Assembly (NCBI GenBank): GCA_000388065.2
Contig: KB932201.1
Source of the DNA: Fonticula alba ATCC 38817
Lineage: Eukaryota; Protista; Nucleariida
Length of the DNA: 18,185 nucleotides
Strand: one strand, 5' to 3'
In this document: positions 17,373 to 18,185 of the stretch, one piece after another
How positions within the stretch are numbered: position 1 is the stretch's first letter
Layout of the letters: each line of letters opens with the position of its first letter
The notes under the pieces: generated by a model
Databases searched by the model: none
Seen by the model: only the letters and a program-made list of their open reading frames with translations
What the model was told of the DNA's origin: nothing
Made by a program: the position numbers and the translations under genes

Positions 17373-17419
17373 GTAAGCGCGCAGAATGGTATGCCCCAAG
17401 GAGCTAAGTCACGCGCCTT

Positions 17420-17445
17420 CACACACACACACACACACACACACA
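17420..17445. repeat. (CA)13 microsatellite at a contig end
   Basis: Read directly; abuts the 10-N gap. Confidence 0.9.
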
Positions 17446-17455
17446 NNNNNNNNNN

Positions 17456-18144
17456 GAGGAAGAGGAGGAAGAAGAGGGTTTGTCTGCGCTGCGCGAGGAG
17501 GAGGATCGACTGCTGCGGGACGAGTAACCCGAGTCGGCCTCGACATCCGAGTCGCTGTGGTTCCGGCGTGGGGCCGACGCATAGATATCATCCTCTAGAG
17601 CCTCATCCTCAGAGTAGTCCCCCCGACGAGATGTGGACGAGCGATCCGACCGGCTTGAACGCTCCGACCGGCTTGAACGATCCGACCGGCTTGAACGCTC
17701 TGAACGCCCCGAGCGATCCGAACGCTCCGAACGCTCCGAGCGATCCGAACGCTCCGAACGGTCCGAACGGTCCGAACGCTCCGAACGGTCCGAACGGTCC
17801 AAACGGTCCGAACGATCCGAGCGATCCGAGCGATCCGAGCGATCCGAGCGATCCGAGCGACCGGACCGGTCCGACCGCCGATCTGACCGCGAGCTGGAGC
17901 TGGACTCGCGACGCGAACGCTCCGGACTGCCACCAGCTTGGTCGTCAGAGTAGAGGTCCACATCGCTGTTCGAGTCGTAGTCCACATGGCGGCGACTGGA
18001 AGACCGGCTGCTGTGCCCGCTTCGATGCGACCTGCCTGACCGGCTGGAGCCTCGGCTGCTGCGACTGTGGCTGCGGTGGCGAGCACGCGAGTCCTCCTCA
18101 TAGTCGGACCCCGCCGAGTAGTCGTCGTGGCTGTCGTCGGACAT
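17456..18144 (-). CDS. LEO1: LEO1 first exon, proximal part (MSDDSHDDYS…, with an SDR/SER repeat)
   Basis: GCAGCCATG start. Its last 95 nt are identical to the start of the 14529 segment and read in the same frame, so merging the two gives one 456-codon exon. The upstream frame stays open to the window edge, so an earlier start cannot be excluded. Confidence 0.75.
17640..17878. repeat. Coding 9-bp tandem repeat, about 26 units, encoding S-[DEGS]-R; includes three copies of an 18-bp higher-order unit
   Basis: Units such as GCGATCCGA, ACGGTCCGA and ACGCTCCGA on +; TCCGACCGGCTTGAACG(C/A) x3 at ~17645-17698. Confidence 0.9.
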
Positions 18145-18185
18145 GGCTGCTCTGGGTGCTGGCCACGCGGGGGCAGTGGCGGTGG

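Noticed and set aside
15291-17445. Transposon insertion with a target-site duplication
   Set aside because: No TIR, LTR, poly-A tail, transposase or RT is seen. The 95-bp duplication is too long and both copies abut assembly gaps.
17640-17878. CRISPR-like array
   Set aside because: The 9-bp units are contiguous with no spacers, lie inside a eukaryotic coding exon, and no cas genes are present.
17633-17953. Antisense ORF that also encodes SER-SER repeats
   Set aside because: It is a shadow of the near self-complementary 9-bp unit (TCCGAACGG read on the other strand gives RSD). There are no independent start, splice or conservation signals.

Overview
Eukaryotic, very GC-rich (roughly 65-70% by eye), intron-containing draft scaffold with four N gaps (1395-1404, 7251-7710, 14530-15290, 17446-17455). 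No rRNA, tRNA, CRISPR array or transposase is visible. Two genes are well supported. (1) A 4-exon + strand gene (8193-11119, about 804 aa) ends in a Phactr/Bni4/Afr1-type PP1-binding domain. (2) A convergent - strand LEO1 gene (PAF1 complex, about 808 aa if rejoined) has its long first exon split in two by an intervening contig, flanked by an exact 95-bp duplication; this is most likely a scaffolding error. The intervening contig (15291-17445) carries the 5' part of a third gene with a possible degenerate BRCT domain. A fourth, unidentified gene probably ends at the left edge of the window. Positions ~1400-7000 look non-coding and are packed with poly-G/poly-C runs, CnGn palindromes and alternating purine-pyrimidine tracts. 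The composition, intron style and fungal-type PP1-domain terminus suggest a holomycotan protist such as Fonticula; this is inference and was not verified. I find no convincing new multi-gene system. The best leads are in the PP1 regulator: a domain that looks intermediate between Phactr and Bni4, an unnamed [DN]PE[AG][YF] repeat where RPEL motifs might be expected, and a stop-free in-frame intron that could add a hydrophobic anchor. The possible BRCT protein and the mixed-charge SDR/SER repeat in LEO1 are also worth following up.
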